A DNA stretch of 64,000 bases from Takakia lepidozioides (Eukaryota > Plantae > Bryophyta). The notes beneath the pieces are model-generated. The model was not told the DNA's origin. It searched no databases and saw nothing but the letters and a program-made list of their open reading frames with translations. The DNA lies in NCBI GenBank assembly GCA_030704615.1, contig CM060731.1, forward strand, positions 55,676,001-55,740,000, given 5' to 3'. The position numbers and the translations under genes are program-made. Below are positions 13,648 to 26,800 of the stretch, piece by piece. How positions within the stretch are numbered: position 1 is the first letter of the stretch; each line of letters opens with the position of its first letter.

Positions 13648-14805
13648 TCATGGCTGATCACCTATTGGTGTTATGAAGGGTTTTAAATCCCTCCTACTTC
13701 TTACCCATTCCTTGTCTGCTCCATCTCTCAGCCTGCATCTTCGTGCAGCTTCTCCAGTTTTGGTGGTGCTTCCTGCATCCTTGTACCCCAAAAAGTCATA
13801 GGGTCCCTCCCATGGAGATGTCATGGAAGACCTCTTTCCAGGTCTCAACATCATTACCTTGCTGTTCTCCATCAACTTGCAATAGGTATGCCCTGTTTGA
13901 TGCCTTCTTTCATAATCTCTTGCCTGTTGACGCTGCCCTTTCTTCACACTCTTTAGCAGCTTTGCCCTCATCTGGGTGAGAAGCTGGATTTTCTGCTGCA
14001 TCATAAGTGTGACCTCTGCTACAGATCCATCAAAATTTACTGGTGCTGTAAGAAAATGCAACCTGTTGTCAATTCCCAGCCTTGGAATTCTACCAGTAAG
14101 TACCTGAAAAGGTGAGAATCCAGTTGAAGCATGGACACCCATTCTGTAACCAAACAGGGCTTTATAGAGATTCTGATCCCACTCAGTGTTGTTTCCAACT
14201 CCTAAGGTGGTGATGCTCTGTTTGAGAGACTTAATGACCCTTTCCACCATACCATTACACTGAGGCCAGTAGGGGGCGCTATGCTCCCTCCTTATACCGT
14301 ATTCGCGGCATGCATCTTCAAACTCACCTCCCCACTCCGTGCCATTGTCAGTGAGCAACGTATGTGGGCAGCTATACCTGTCAATCACTTCTTCCACTAG
14401 AAAGCGGGCAGTAAGTGCTGCTGTATGATCTGCCACTGGTGCAGCCTCTATCCATTTTGAAAAGTGATCTATTGCCACTAGAAAGTATTGGTTTCCCCTG
14501 CTGGTTATAGGCAATGGTCCTGCCGTGTCAATTGCAACTCTGAAAAACAGATCCACTACTGGAATACTGTGCAGTTTTGAGCTACCTGAGCGCAACACCC
14601 CGTCCTGTTTAGCCATCTGACATTCGCCACAGCCTTTGAGTACTTGCCTGATGAGTTTTGTTCTGTCATGCCAGAAATACCGTCGGCATATCTCCTCTTG
14701 TGTTCTTCGGACTCCAAAATGGCCCGTGGCCTTATGCACTTCAGTGATTATTGCCTCTCTGTCCGTTCTTGGTGGAACCCACCCTTCCCTCAAAGTAGAC
14801 CTCAC
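13648..14805 (-). CDS. Integrase of element A
   Basis: HKATGHFG..CGEC zinc finger, VAIDTAGP, LLTDNGTEW, NGMVERVIKSLK, WEGPY. Confidence 0.9.
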   Translation of the reverse strand: MRSTLREGWVPPRTDREAIITEVHKATGHFGVRRTQEEICRRYFWHDRTKLIRQVLKGCGECQMAKQDGVLRSGSSKLHSIPVVDLFFRVAIDTAGPLPITSRGNQYFLVAIDHFSKWIEAAPVADHTAALTARFLVEEVIDRYSCPHTLLTDNGTEWGGEFEDACREYGIRREHSAPYWPQCNGMVERVIKSLKQSITTLGVGNNTEWDQNLYKALFGYRMGVHASTGFSPFQVLTGRIPRLGIDNRLHFLTAPVNFDGSVAEVTLMMQQKIQLLTQMRAKLLKSVKKGQRQQARDYERRHQTGHTYCKLMENSKVMMLRPGKRSSMTSPWEGPYDFLGYKDAGSTTKTGEAARRCRLRDGADKEWVRSRRDLKPFITPIGDQP

Positions 14806-17496
14806 CCTTGAGATAGGAGTACTGCCTTGCCCTCCTGATGGCTCTTTTGCTCTCCTCCTTCGTCAGATAGTCATTGACTTCTCCAAAACAAAGAGATGCA
14901 TAACTTCCACATCATCAAGTACATCAGGTTGCTTTTCCTCCTTAACAGCCACTGTATGACTGTCAGAGCTGATGAGAGACCTTTTCCCCATCTTTCAGCT
15001 TCGCGCAATAGTGACATCTGAGTGGCCTTGGTGGGTGTGCTCCATGGCACCCAGTCCCCTTTATCATCCCTCCCTGTCATAAGAGGAAGTGTCTTGTTCG
15101 GAACAATGTGGCCCATTACTGTCTGAAATAAAATGTCTTGGTGGAACACTCACCCCCCATGTTCTCTTCAACTGGCCCTTCTGACGAGGAAGTCCCCCGA
15201 GTTTTTCTGTTGTTTCTGTGCTTGTAGATTGTTGAAGGAATGGTGTTTCTTGCAAGCTTCCCTCTTCATCGTTTGATCGTTCCTTCACAATTTTGCCACT
15301 GGCTGTACCTTGCTTGGCTCCTGATCACGAGCATAAGATCCTCGGGTAATTACATAGATGGTGGGACAAAAGGCCATCAGATCTTCCTCTTCTTTGTTGT
15401 TGATTGCAGGGTCCTCCCTTTTTCCTGCACCCATGCCTTTCCAAATACCCTTCCTGACCAGATTGACATGACTTGATTGATCAATTCCCTTTCCTTGTTT
15501 ATTGGCAGCCAAAGTCTGTGCAGCAAAAGTCACCTTTTTTTCCTCCCCATTTGGCATTGTACCTGGTTTCAGTCCTCCTTTCAATACACCATGAGCCTTG
15601 GTCAACTTTCCACCTGTGTAAGAGCTATCTATTCTAGGAACGAACTCAAATGAAAAGTCACCAAGCAAATCTATTCCTATGTGGTACTCTGAGTACAGCC
15701 ACCAATATGGGTCCAGATCTGTTTCTAAAGAAAAATGACTTCCCAACAGTGTTTTTTTGAAATGCCAAAGACCCCACACACATGCATAGTACTCTTCTCT
15801 TTTGCAGATCATTTCCCCTCTTTCACTGCTATACCCCACTTGCCGATGAGCCTCTTCTCAACTCCTTCTTACCCTCCTGAAATTGAAATAGATAAGCCTT
15901 GATGGCACCCCTATCCCACTCTAGTTTAAGAAGATAGGCTCCATCCCTCTTCCTTCCTTCCCTTTTCTGTTTGTACAAAGAAGTAGAGTATACCTCGATT
16001 TCCTCCTCGGTTTCCTCTGCTGGTCCCACTGGATACCTGCTTAGCGCATCTACGTTAGCATGCCTAGCACCTGCCCTATGAACAATTTTAAACTCAAAAT
16101 CTTGTAACATCATGATCCATCTACCCCTGCGTCCATATGCGTCACTCCCGTTGCCAACCACTCCAGTGGTTTGTGATCAGTCTGATTACAAAAGGGGTTC
16201 CATACAGGTACTGCCGAAAGTGTAATACTCCCCCACACCAGGGCATAGCATTCACCTTCCATAGGGTGATATTTGCGCTGAGCATCAGATAGTACCTTAC
16301 TGGCGTATGCAATGACCCTCTCCTTTTTATACTCCTTTTGTGACAAGACTGCCCCTACTCCTTTGATGGACCAGTCAACATCCAAGACAAACGGTCTTGA
16401 GAAATCTGGTCTTGCCAGGATGGGAGCAGTTACCAACTTCACCTGTAAGGCAGAAAAGGCATTTTGTGCCTCTGCACTCCATTCAAACTTCACATCCTTC
16501 TTGGTTAGAGTGAACAAGGGTACTGCTATTCCAGCATATCCTTTGACATAGGGCCTATAGTACCCTGTCATGCCTAAGTAGCTTTTGAGAGCAGTGTGGT
16601 TTTTAGGCAAGGGAAACCTTTCAATAGCAGCTATCTTATCTGGATCAGGCCACGTTCCCTCTTCAGAAACCACATGCCCAAGGAATACCAATTGTAAGTT
16701 GGCAAAGTAACATTTGTCTGGATTGAGCCTAAGATTGGCCTTTCTAACCTTTCTCAGTACTCTCTTTATATGTCCCACATGATCTCCCCAGTCCTTGCTA
16801 TGGATATTGACGTCATCTACAAAAACCTTAGCGCAATCCTTTTTTTTCTTCTTTGAGTACCCTATTCATTGTTCTCTGAAAGGTAGCAGTGGCATTTTTT
16901 AGCCCGAATGGCATGACTAGCCATTCATACAATCCCTTCTTTGTAATCACGCTGTTTTGCTTATATCTCGGTCGTCCATTTGATCTGCCAAAAACCAGAT
17001 TGTAAATCCAGCGCAGAAAACCACTTGGCTTTCCCCAATGGTTTAAAACATCCTGAATTAATGGCATAGGGTAAGAGTCCCTTCTGGTTAAACGGTTTAC
17101 TGGCCTAAAATCACCACAAAACCGCTTGGATCCATCCTTTTTGGTGAAGGGTAACTGGACACGACCATTCTGAACTACTCTCTCTCTCATCTTGCCTTGT
17201 GAGATCAAAGTCTCAATTTGTCCTTGGACCTCGTTTTCCTCCCACTCTGATAGGCGGCTGGGACGACTTCTGCAAGGGGGAAAGCCTTGAGTATCAATTG
17301 TATGTTCCACCTCACTGCAATAACCTAAGTCAGCCTTGCTAAGAGCAAAACATTCTTGATTTGCTTTTAGCTCTTGCTCCAGCTCTCTCCTTTGTTCAGG
17401 AGCGAGCTCTGGGTTGATGTGTAGTCTGGATTTCAGACTTCTCCAACGACTCTCCATTTCTTCCTCTTGACTGGGTTCTAAAATCATTCCCTCCAC
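14806..17496 (-). pseudogene. pol: RT and RNase H of element A plus a second RNase H-like segment and linker (frameshifted)
   Basis: KKDGSKRFCGDFR, MPFGLKNATATFQR and VFVDDVN (~16810); RNase H LDVDWS..GVGAVLSQ..ECYALVW; second RH-like segment EEYYACVWGLWHFKKTLLGSHFSLETD in ORF 15285..15839. Confidence 0.9.
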
Positions 17497-17513
17497 CTGG
17501 CCTACAGAGTTAG

Positions 17514-19730
17514 CTACTCTCTGTCACAGAGAGTAGCTACAACCTGATTCCAATCATGGAAATCATCCTCTATTTCTACGTTGTTGTTTCCTAGTTCTCC
17601 ATCCCAAGCCTTCTGGTGAGCTTCCTGAATTATAGCGGCAGCCATGCTGCGTTGGGTCTCTTCCTGAAGGAGTTCAGACATCCCTTGGTCTTCGAACAGG
17701 TCCTCCCCTAGGCTGACATCATCTATTATCTCCTCAACATCTTTCAGTACTGTATCTACCTCCTCACTCTCTTCGGAACTTCCCATCTCCTCATCCTTAT
17801 CAGATTTAGAGGTGTCAGAACCTGAGGATCCTTCCTCCGTGTCCTCATACTCTTCCTCTGGCTTTCTTTTTTTTTCCCACAAGCCTAGGTACTGCTCATC
17901 TGACGTCAGGGTTAAGACATTACCTGCTGACGTACTGCCTGCATACCGTACTCTGCTCTCGACCCCTCTATGGCAGGCCATTTTGGTAACTGCAGGCTCA
18001 TTATAATTTATGGTGTGCAAAGGGAAGTGAGCAAAATCCTTTCCTGGTCCATAGCGCACACGAATTGTTTCAGCTTCGGTGTCAACTACAGCGCCAAACT
18101 TTTTGAGAAAGTCTAATCCCAACAACATGTGATATGTATCCGTGTTCACCACCATAAAGGACAAACGATTGGTCAGCTCTCCTACTTTGACCTTGATGTC
18201 CTCAAGTCTGCCCATTGCAGTCTCCAGAGCACCAGAGGCTACTCTGTAATTTACATCCTTACTAGTAATGACAGATCCCATCAGACCAAGATCCCTTACA
18301 GTACTCGCGGATATTACTGAGAGCATGGCACCTGTGTCAATCTGGCCTAATACTTGGTAATCTCCCATTGTAATCATCACATGAAGTGCCTTTACCTTAC
18401 CAGTATAAGCATATGAGATTGTGGGTTCAGCGTGTGCTGAGTACAAAGGTTTTGGTACATCCTTCACAACTTCTACACTGAGAGTTGTCTCCCTTTGTTG
18501 TACCATTGCCCTTTCTACTACTTTGACCAGCCCTTTCAACTTGTCTAGCTCTCCGGGCACAGTCATGATCAGATCCATGGGAGACAACGAGATTCTCCCT
18601 TTGTAGAAGTGGTTCAAGATTCTGGATTTCGTACCTCCTTCTATGGCAGCCTTGAAATTGTTCTTTGGGTAGATTTCACTCTTGGTCCTGCTTGGCTGTT
18701 CATTGCTCTCACTATTCCTTTCTGGTGACCCTGTAGGTTCAACAATCGGATTCTGGACAGGGATACGTGTCCTTGGAAGTCTGACTTCATTGATACTATT
18801 TTGTGACATCAGATTTGTCATTTCTGCGAGTACATCATCCTCATCATCATAGAACACATCTACAAAGTTAGTTCCCGGAGTTCCCATCATAGTCTGGTCG
18901 AGTTTTCTACTGCACTCACTCTCTGTATGCCCGAGTAGCTTGCAAAAGTTGCATCTCACACCACACATTTCCGTGGAATGCCCGAACTGGTGACATTTGT
19001 CACACTTAGCTGGGGTTCTTCCTTCAGGACAATATGCAGCTATGTGACCTTCTTTGTGACAAACATTACAAAGGCGAACACGAGGTGGTGTTCTAGATCC
19101 CGAGCTTTCTCCTATGACTGGTCCCCTATCAAAGTACTTCTGTAGGGTAGTGTTCAGCTGATCAAGTCTTCTGTCCACAGGGTTGACAAACACAATTGAC
19201 TCATCTGTATCATCTCCTTCCAATGGCTCTAGAGGTATTTCCCCTAACTTTCCCAGGCCCCTTTCAATCTCAATGGCTGTGTCAAGTGCTTCCTCTACAT
19301 CAAGGAAGCGCCTGCCCAGCATTACTCTTGCTATTTCTGGTCTCAAACCTGCTGCAAATCTACGCCTCTGTTCCAAATCAGACGCCCCACTTCTTATAAA
19401 TAACCGGTTCAACCTATCGAAGTATGTTTGAACCCTTTGTCTACTCTCCTGTTTGATGGTATCCATTCTTAGCCTGATTTCTGCCAAGTCAATGATGCCA
19501 AACTTGGCTGAAATGGCTGCCCTGAAATCTTCCCAGTTGTCTGGCCTAGGATTTTGTTTACGGTACCATTCATCAGCCTTGGCTCTCAGGTTGAGCCTTG
19601 CTACTTTGAAAGTTTTGTCCTCATTTAAATCCCTAACATCTGCCTCCATCTGAATTCTTTCCAGCCAGTCATTCACATCCTCACTATTCCTCCCATGATA
19701 AGGCACATCTATGCTAGTTGGACTGGTCAT
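17514..19730 (-). CDS. gag: Gag-protease of element A
   Basis: Retrotransposon gag-like N-terminus, three CCHC knuckles (CNVCHKEGHIAAYC, CDKCHQFGHSTEMC, CNFCKLLGHTESEC), aspartic protease IDTGA...LLGLDFL. Confidence 0.92.
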   Translation of the reverse strand: MTSPTSIDVPYHGRNSEDVNDWLERIQMEADVRDLNEDKTFKVARLNLRAKADEWYRKQNPRPDNWEDFRAAISAKFGIIDLAEIRLRMDTIKQESRQRVQTYFDRLNRLFIRSGASDLEQRRRFAAGLRPEIARVMLGRRFLDVEEALDTAIEIERGLGKLGEIPLEPLEGDDTDESIVFVNPVDRRLDQLNTTLQKYFDRGPVIGESSGSRTPPRVRLCNVCHKEGHIAAYCPEGRTPAKCDKCHQFGHSTEMCGVRCNFCKLLGHTESECSRKLDQTMMGTPGTNFVDVFYDDEDDVLAEMTNLMSQNSINEVRLPRTRIPVQNPIVEPTGSPERNSESNEQPSRTKSEIYPKNNFKAAIEGGTKSRILNHFYKGRISLSPMDLIMTVPGELDKLKGLVKVVERAMVQQRETTLSVEVVKDVPKPLYSAHAEPTISYAYTGKVKALHVMITMGDYQVLGQIDTGAMLSVISASTVRDLGLMGSVITSKDVNYRVASGALETAMGRLEDIKVKVGELTNRLSFMVVNTDTYHMLLGLDFLKKFGAVVDTEAETIRVRYGPGKDFAHFPLHTINYNEPAVTKMACHRGVESRVRYAGSTSAGNVLTLTSDEQYLGLWEKKRKPEEEYEDTEEGSSGSDTSKSDKDEEMGSSEESEEVDTVLKDVEEIIDDVSLGEDLFEDQGMSELLQEETQRSMAAAIIQEAHQKAWDGELGNNNVEIEDDFHDWNQVVATLCDRE

Positions 19731-20168
19731 TTTCTATACTCTAGTCGAAGTTCAAACTGTTTCAACACCTAATTCTGACTCTAATTTTCCTGCAACCCCC
19801 TTAATGCTGACCTCTATACCACTCCCACTGTCCATTTCGCAACATCTCTACTCTACCTCCCCATGTCACCTCTCGTGCCATGGTATTTATCTTCTCCCAC
19901 CTTCCAGACTCTCTTATCCAAAGTGCTATGGTTGTTCTTCCACCAGTATGTATCACTCTAAGACATAAATCACCATTAGCTATTCTCCAAGCAGGGTTGA
20001 AGAAGTACAAACAAGGGTCTGCGTGGGCATTTGGTGTGCGTCTGCTGAAGCAAATCAGCACATCTCCAATGCTTGGTTCATCAGGAATCAGTGTGTGGTC
20101 TCTGCCTGCCATCAAGCCATACAACACCAGTCAAGATCCCTAGCTAGTAGAAATCAAGATTTAACGAA

Positions 20169-20180
20169 GCTCTGATACCA
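20169..20180 (-). promoter_or_regulatory. Primer-binding site, initiator tRNA-Met (TGGTATCAGAGC)
   Basis: Canonical plant iMet PBS immediately inside the 5' LTR. Confidence 0.92.
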
Positions 20181-22321
20181 AAAGAAGGGGCGTGAATCCC
20201 CTTCTGTATAATTCTAATTGTGCTTCCTTCCATTTTGAGCGGAGCAAAAGAAAGAAGGTTCTTCTTTTCTGTCCTACTGTCGTCAGTTGGCTGTGGGTTT
20301 CCCTCAGCTCCTTCGTGATCAGAGTTCAAGCAATCCTCATCCACGCCGCAGCGGAAGAGAAGACATGGATGGGGAGTCAAATTGTTGTTCACTCTTGGTT
20401 CTACCTTTTACACAACATCCTCTACCTGCAGGTACAGCACCAACTATGCTGCCACGATGTATTCAGTGATGCAATCAGCCCTATGTCAGTGATAAACACT
20501 GCCCTTGTGGGCAGTTCCCTTGGTCTGCAACACGTCGGAAGCCCCTTTTTGTAATGAGATCACGGTCTAGGTGGGTGGACAGCTCAGATCTGCCATGAAC
20601 TGCAGGCCCACTAGTTTGATCATTCAGGGTTCATGTCTTCTTGACCTTGCCTCTCCATTTGTCCATCCCTCATCAACCCTTCTCCCTTTTCACTTTTTCT
20701 TTCTCTCAAATCCTTTTTCCTTGGTGTGTGGATTCCTCACTTTTTCACAACAGCATGGCTATGATGCAATGCAAATGCACATCCAGCCAGGCATCCAGTG
20801 CATCCATCATTGAAGTCAACCTTGGTTACAAGACATGATCTGCCCCTCTGTCGGTCTTTCTCTTTTTCTCTCTCTCCAGTGACTGGTCCTTGCACTATCT
20901 TTCCCCAAGTGGATCCTATTTGGCCAAGGTGCTTCACAACCCTTCTACAGATCTCAAATCACACACCCTGACAGCTCTCTTTTTCTCCTCAAATGAAAAC
21001 CTCAGTCATTCACATGTTGAGAACACTTCTATAAATCAGATCCACAACCCCAAAACAGTATTGACTTTTCTTCCCCATCCACGTCATCCCTCTCAGTTCT
21101 TCAAATCCGTCTCTGTCTGACCATCCCTGTTCTCCTTTATCCACCAAGCTAGTTCTACACTGGCTCCACTGTTTTAACATCCAGGGCTGGTTTGCTTATG
21201 GTGCCTGAATGCACTGAAAATAAAGAAAAGGAACACAACAACAGCAACCATTCTGACCCTGATGTGAGCTATCCTTGTCCCCTCTCTCTTTTTCTTAATG
21301 ACAGTGTAACAACAGGTGCATCCATCTCCACCCTATCCTGGTTTGAATTCCAGTGTCTTCATTCCATTTTCAAAGGGCCTTTCTACTCCTCACATTTCTG
21401 TCCCCTTCAGCAGATACAAGAGACAGTTCCAAAAACTTCACAAAGTCATTCCTAAGTGCCCAAAAAGAGAAGCAAACACTCTTAGAACTTATCTGTCTTA
21501 TACTCGTGTGAAGCGGTGGTTCTGCCTGCTAAGCTGGCACCTCACCATCGCTGTCAGCAGCCATATTCAACGCTTCTCCTCATCTTGATTCCAGTTCTCA
21601 TCATGTCATGACGGCTTGCTTCATTAGCTGGCAACATCCTTGTGCTTGCCAACCTCTACCCTATCCCTCTACATGTGTACTTCTGCCCTAAGGATTGATG
21701 TGCTCCTACAGCTCTAAGACAGAAGGCTACTACAAGTTTTAATTACAGATGACCTGAGTCGCATCCACACCAGCCTGCACTTCTCATTCCCCAACAGCTG
21801 TTGTTGCGCTCCATCTCCTCATAACTGTACTCTTCAAGACAATGGCGGCAGCGGTAGTGCACTGCTCTTAGCACCTGCTCAGCTTTCAAAATTGATTATC
21901 ACCACGCAGAAAGAGGCACCGCTTCTCCTTGCACAAAATGCCAAGCAGATCCCTTAACGTCGCGCTTTAAGACAAGCTGATTCACATGGTGCAGGTGTAA
22001 GTTCCCAAGCCAGCCTGCCTGACAACACGACGGCAGCAGCTGTGAAGAGTTGCCCGTCGTCTTCCTCCTCGTTTTCCTCAGCTCGAGTTTCTAGGTTAAA
22101 CATACGCGACGAAAATCATTCATTCCAAGGATGAAAATGCGCATGTTATGACTTAGCCATATTTTGTCCTGGCAGAGCAAGAGCATAGTGTTCCCATGGA
22201 ATTACCTGTAGGCCTGGGTAATTCTCTCCCGACATTAGTACCAGGCACTCCCTTCTTCACCAATGCCGTAATTTGATTCCCAACAAAATTTTCAATGTTA
22301 CTCCCCTGCATTCACACTACA
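20181..22321 (-). repeat. 5' LTR of element A (lacks terminal CACACTACA)
   Basis: Direct repeat of 11457-13598; ends ..CCCCTTCTTT, followed directly by the PBS. Confidence 0.95.
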
Positions 22322-22774
22322 GTTGGTTCTGTTTCATGGCAAACAGAACGCTCAATACCTGGCCTACCTCCCTTAGCCCTGGGTACACGGCCTTGGTACA
22401 AGCATAACCCTGAGTTTTAAAGAAACTCCCTTCTTGGAATAAGTCCCCTATTTGCAGTCTTGCCCTGTGCTCCTCCACATGCACGTGACCTGCTGGCAAT
22501 CGAAACAATTGCTGTAGGTATAGGGGAGTAATTTCTAATTCAACTCCCTTCACCGTTGTTGTTCCTGTCCTAGGCTCAAAGTTCTGCAAGAATTGTAACA
22601 TGTACTGTCTATAGTGCAATGTCCAATCTTTGCTTTGCAATCCTTCCAATCGCAGCTCCTTCAGGCTATGACTGGCTGTGACGGGCTGTGTTGGCTGTGC
22701 GAAGCTGTGATGGCTGTGTCGGACTGTGACGGGCTCTGTTGGCTGTGCAAAGCTGTTATGGCTGTGTCGGACTG

Positions 22775-23803
22775 TGTCGCGCGGCTTTTACTCACCCATC
22801 CCTTCGCTATCCGAGGCGGAAACTCCAAGATAGAAGAGTTGGAAATCTCTAAGTACTCAGCCCGCGCAGAACAATCAGTCATGACCTACAGCTAGTGTAT
22901 CATGGGGGTGTTTCCTATGCGTTTCCCTTTCCGCATTCATCTTAACTACCTTTGGCATTGATAATTAAGTATCAGTTTGCTTCATCAATCTATCGGTTTC
23001 CTTCACTCATCCATTCAATCCACAGCTTCTCTCAGATCTCTCTACACAGTGTGATTGTATCGTATATGTATCAGATTATGATTTATCAGGTATCAGGCCG
23101 AAGCCATTATGTCTCTAATCTGCTCTCTAATATCACTACAGCTTTGCATATAACAAGCATCTACTAATCCTCTTTTCTCCTTCATTGTGCTCTCCATCTC
23201 TTGCCTCCGATCTCCGCTCCAGCCTGACTCCGAAGTCCTCCTCCGAATAATGATGATCCCCCTTCATTCCCCGTTTCTCCCTTTATCCTCCTATCCGTGG
23301 TTCTAACCGTTTCCCTCTCTAACCGTCGTCTGTGAACTAACATGTTCCCTTCACAGGTGTTGTTCCCCACAGTCGTTCCCTGTCCTACTCTTCGTTCCCT
23401 ATTATCGTGACAGCTGTGTCAAGCGGTGACTGGCTGTGTTTGGCTGTGTCGGGCTGTGACGGGCTGTGACTGGCTGTGTGGGCTGTGTCTGCTGTGACGA
23501 CTGTGACGGGCTGTGTGGGCTGCGTCTGCTGTGACGACTGTGACGGGCTGTGTTGGCTGTGTGGGCTGTGACGACTGTGATGGGCTGTGTGGGCTGTGTG
23601 GGCTGTGACGACTGTGACGGGCTGTGTCGGCTGTGTGGGCTGTGACGACTGTGACAGGCTGTGTCGGCGGTGACGACTGTGTAACCCCCCTCTACAGTGC
23701 GCTGCTGTCACCCCTAAGGCTCCTGTTGGTCTCAGTCTGTGCAAAATTAAGGGTACCCTATAGATCCCGTATAAGTGTCTAAGTCCCCTACAATCCTCTA
23801 ACA
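22775..23803 (-). repeat. 3' LTR of family Y copy 3
   Basis: TGTTAG...GCGACA; PPT at ~23806-23820; contains a CACAGC-rich block at ~23410-23680. Confidence 0.85.
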
Positions 23804-23841
23804 TTACCCCTTCCCCCCTAAAAAAGCCGTGTCCTCACGGT

Positions 23842-26800
23842 TTACTGTTTTCGAGTAGCAAACCTTTGTGAGTGAGCACCTTGTTGACGTTGATAGTTTC
23901 GTGGTGGGCTGTGTGTACGAGCCCGAGGTCTGTCTCTGGTTGATGGAGATGGTTGATCACTACCTGGATAAGTGAGGCCTTCTGGAGGCTGATATCGAGG
24001 TAATCTTTCCGGCATAGGAGATCCCCTTTGTTTCTTCTCTTCCATCTGAATTGCATAGTCTTCTCCCATGTCAAAAGAATTCTGTGAAGAAACAGTTGTA
24101 TCAGAATCCTCATCGCCTCTCAGGTGTTTTAATTTTCGAACTTTTTGTGGAATCATCTGGGGCATACAATGCTGTCCTACCATGTCTGGAAGTTTGTATT
24201 TTACAACTTGGTGTAACCGCTGAACAGCAAAATTGGTGTAGGCACTGAGCTCCTTGTCTGTCCAGATGAGTGGGGTACCAATTACTGGTGCAGCGTGCAA
24301 GTACTTCCATGCCACATGTCCCTTATAGAAAATGTCATCAAGTCCGAATTTCTGTGTTGACAAATGGTTGCAGGCTGCTTGAAACCATGAACGAATTTGA
24401 GAATCCTTCTGCATCATAACTTTTGGGTCATATAGGTACATATGAGGTGGCACCGAAGGTAATACCCAATGGTCTCCACTGGAGTAACTTTGAAAGCCTG
24501 TTTGCATCTTTTGTTGCTCAATGTGGTAACGTACCAGAAAACAAGCAGCGTAGTATAGCCCGCACCCCATGACAATACTTGCTATCTCCTTGGTCTTGGT
24601 ATAAATGAGTCCATGTACAACCTGGAAAGCAACCAATTCCCTCAACATGGTACCTGCCTCGTGCCAGTATTGTGCAAAGTGATGATCTTCAATATGTCGA
24701 TTGTTTGGAAGAACTTTAGTCCTAGTTGCCACTGGCAGCCAAATACGCATGATTTGGTAGTAATGTGCGAATGACTGCGGAGGACTAAATTCTTTCCAAG
24801 CCAAATCCAACATGATGGGAATTTGGTTGAAGGGCATAAGCATAGCCCTGCTGTACTCCCTTGCAGCTGGAGTTTTAGGTGGGTTAAAAGCGGCATTGCC
24901 CCATACCTCCGGCTGTGGTGGCTGTGGTGTGGTTGTAGTAACCACAGGTTCAGCTACTGGTACACTGACCTGTTGTGGTGGTGGTGGTACTGGCTCCTGT
25001 ATCATTGGCATTTTCTGCACCTCCTGTGAAGACTGAAAAGCCAGAGTTCTGGCTTGCAAATAAGAAGCCATTAGCTGTTCCTGAGGGATATAGACTCTTT
25101 GGTCGATGTTTGAAGTGAGGTCTTCCACTTGAGTCTGGAGTCCGTCTACATCTTCTTGTAACTCTGCTATCCTACTATAGACATTGTCTAAGTAGTTGTG
25201 GCAATGTTCTGCACCTGCAGTCTGAGCTCATTCATCTCGCTTTGGGTGAGCTTCCGTGGGCTTTTGCCCTCTACTGGCCCTTGTGCTAACCAGACCTGCA
25301 TAAGGCTGTTATCCACCAAGCTGCTTGTGGTTCCCCTGAGAGTTTGCTCCTCTCTTAGCTTGTACAATTCCAACTGCTGTTGTAAAGCCTCCATGCGCTT
25401 CGCCTGTGGCTCAACCAATTGCGCATAGGCAGCAAGTAGATTATTGGCTTCCTTCGAAGCCTTGTTACTGACCACGATTTCATTTCTATTGGCCACGATG
25501 GTTTGTTGCAACTCCACGATGTGTTTTTCTTGATCAGCTTCCCTCTGCCTGTATTGCTTGAAAGTATCTTCATGGCGACAGATTGTATTCTTCATATCGA
25601 CAATGAGCTTCATTTGCTCAACATTCTCTTCTTCTGCCTTCGTACATTTTTCCGCTTGACTGTTTATTTCTTTTGTTGATTGGTCAAGCATAGTTGTAAA
25701 TGTAGCACATTGTATCGCCATCCTATTATGCACTGTTTGCAACTCCGTATGTAGTGCATTCAGTTCTTGCAACTTGCTTTCATGCTGCACCTGCATTTGG
25801 TATAGCTGTTGCTTATGTGCTTCGTGCAACTGGTCTTGCGCGAGGTTTGCCTCAATCAATTGTTGCTTGGCCAACTGCAAAGCCATTTCTGTATTGCCCA
25901 AGTCCTGCTTCATCTTGAGAGTGACCTCTTCATCGACCTTGTTTGCACACTCAGTGGCAAGTCGAGCCTCAAACTCCTTCCTGAGTTCCTCTTTCAAGGC
26001 TGTCAATTGGGTAATTGGAACATGGGATTTGACATAAGTCCCCAACAAATTAAGTGTCCTGCCTATGGAACTCATCAGCATTGCCTGTTGAGGGTCATCA
26101 TGGTGAGGTTGCTGCTGTTCTTCCCGATCTTCAACAGTATGATGTCTCACTAACCATTCAGGCCATTGTCCCACCGGATTTTCTTCCTGAACTACTTCAT
26201 CTATGACTGGTGTTACAGTGTCATGACCTTCCGCCTGTGGTACCTCCAACACAGGTGTGTGCATTATATGCACCTCAGGATTTCCCTTGGGCAACTGTTG
26301 CACCTCTGGGAATTCTGTCTCCTTGACCAGACCAGAATATTCATAGAGAAGGTCCCCTTTCTCTATTTCTCCCACTATCTGTTCTGTAGTTGGAATATCT
26401 ATCCCTTCACTTTCCAAATCAATTATTTCGGGTGGAGCTGCATGGATAACTTGTGACCTTGTGACAAGTCGTTCAAGTGGCTGTGTTGGCTGTGATGCAG
26501 AAGTAACTTCCTCCTCCCTCTCTGAAGGTCCTGCTTCCAGTAATAACATTCTTTTGTGCTGCTGTGCCCTTTCCTGGTCATGAGCTTGGGAAACATTATC
26601 ATGCGGAATCCGTGAAGCCAGTGGATCCGCCACTACAGTCTTTCCCCTTCTCTGCCTCTTAGTCTCGGGTTGTGCTGCTAGTCCACCCTCACTGTGTGAA
26701 GAGCCTTGCTCTTCCATTGCAGTTGTTTCTGGCTCAAACACTCCCATTTCCTTCCTTTCTTGTGCATTAAGTATGCCAGAATTAAGGATTATTTGAGCAA

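Larger units (their letters stand above)
11447..22321 (-). mobile_element. Ty3/gypsy family X element A, full length with all gag-pol domains; 4-bp TSD GTTG
   Basis: Near-identical LTRs at 11447-13598 and 20181-22321, PBS, PPT and gag-PR-RT-RH-INT order. GTTG at 11443-11446 and 22322-22325; the empty site is seen in the paralog at ~26955. Confidence 0.95.
7515..22662 (-). mobile_element. Ty3/gypsy family Y copy 2 (3' portion), interrupted by element A
   Basis: The extension ORF at 8404-11446 resumes at 22322-22662 (..KQNQ|QYLSRSF..). The copy is truncated at ~22662, where it joins LTR-type CACAGC repeats. Confidence 0.85.

Noticed and set aside
14806-17520. Programmed frameshifts or readthrough in pol of element A
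   Set aside because: The breaks are numerous and often at homopolymers, so they cannot be distinguished from decay or sequencing error with one copy.
11447-22321. DIRS/tyrosine-recombinase element as an explanation for the asymmetric ends
   Set aside because: Element A encodes a DDE integrase and protease and has a PBS, PPT and TSD; no tyrosine recombinase motif was seen.
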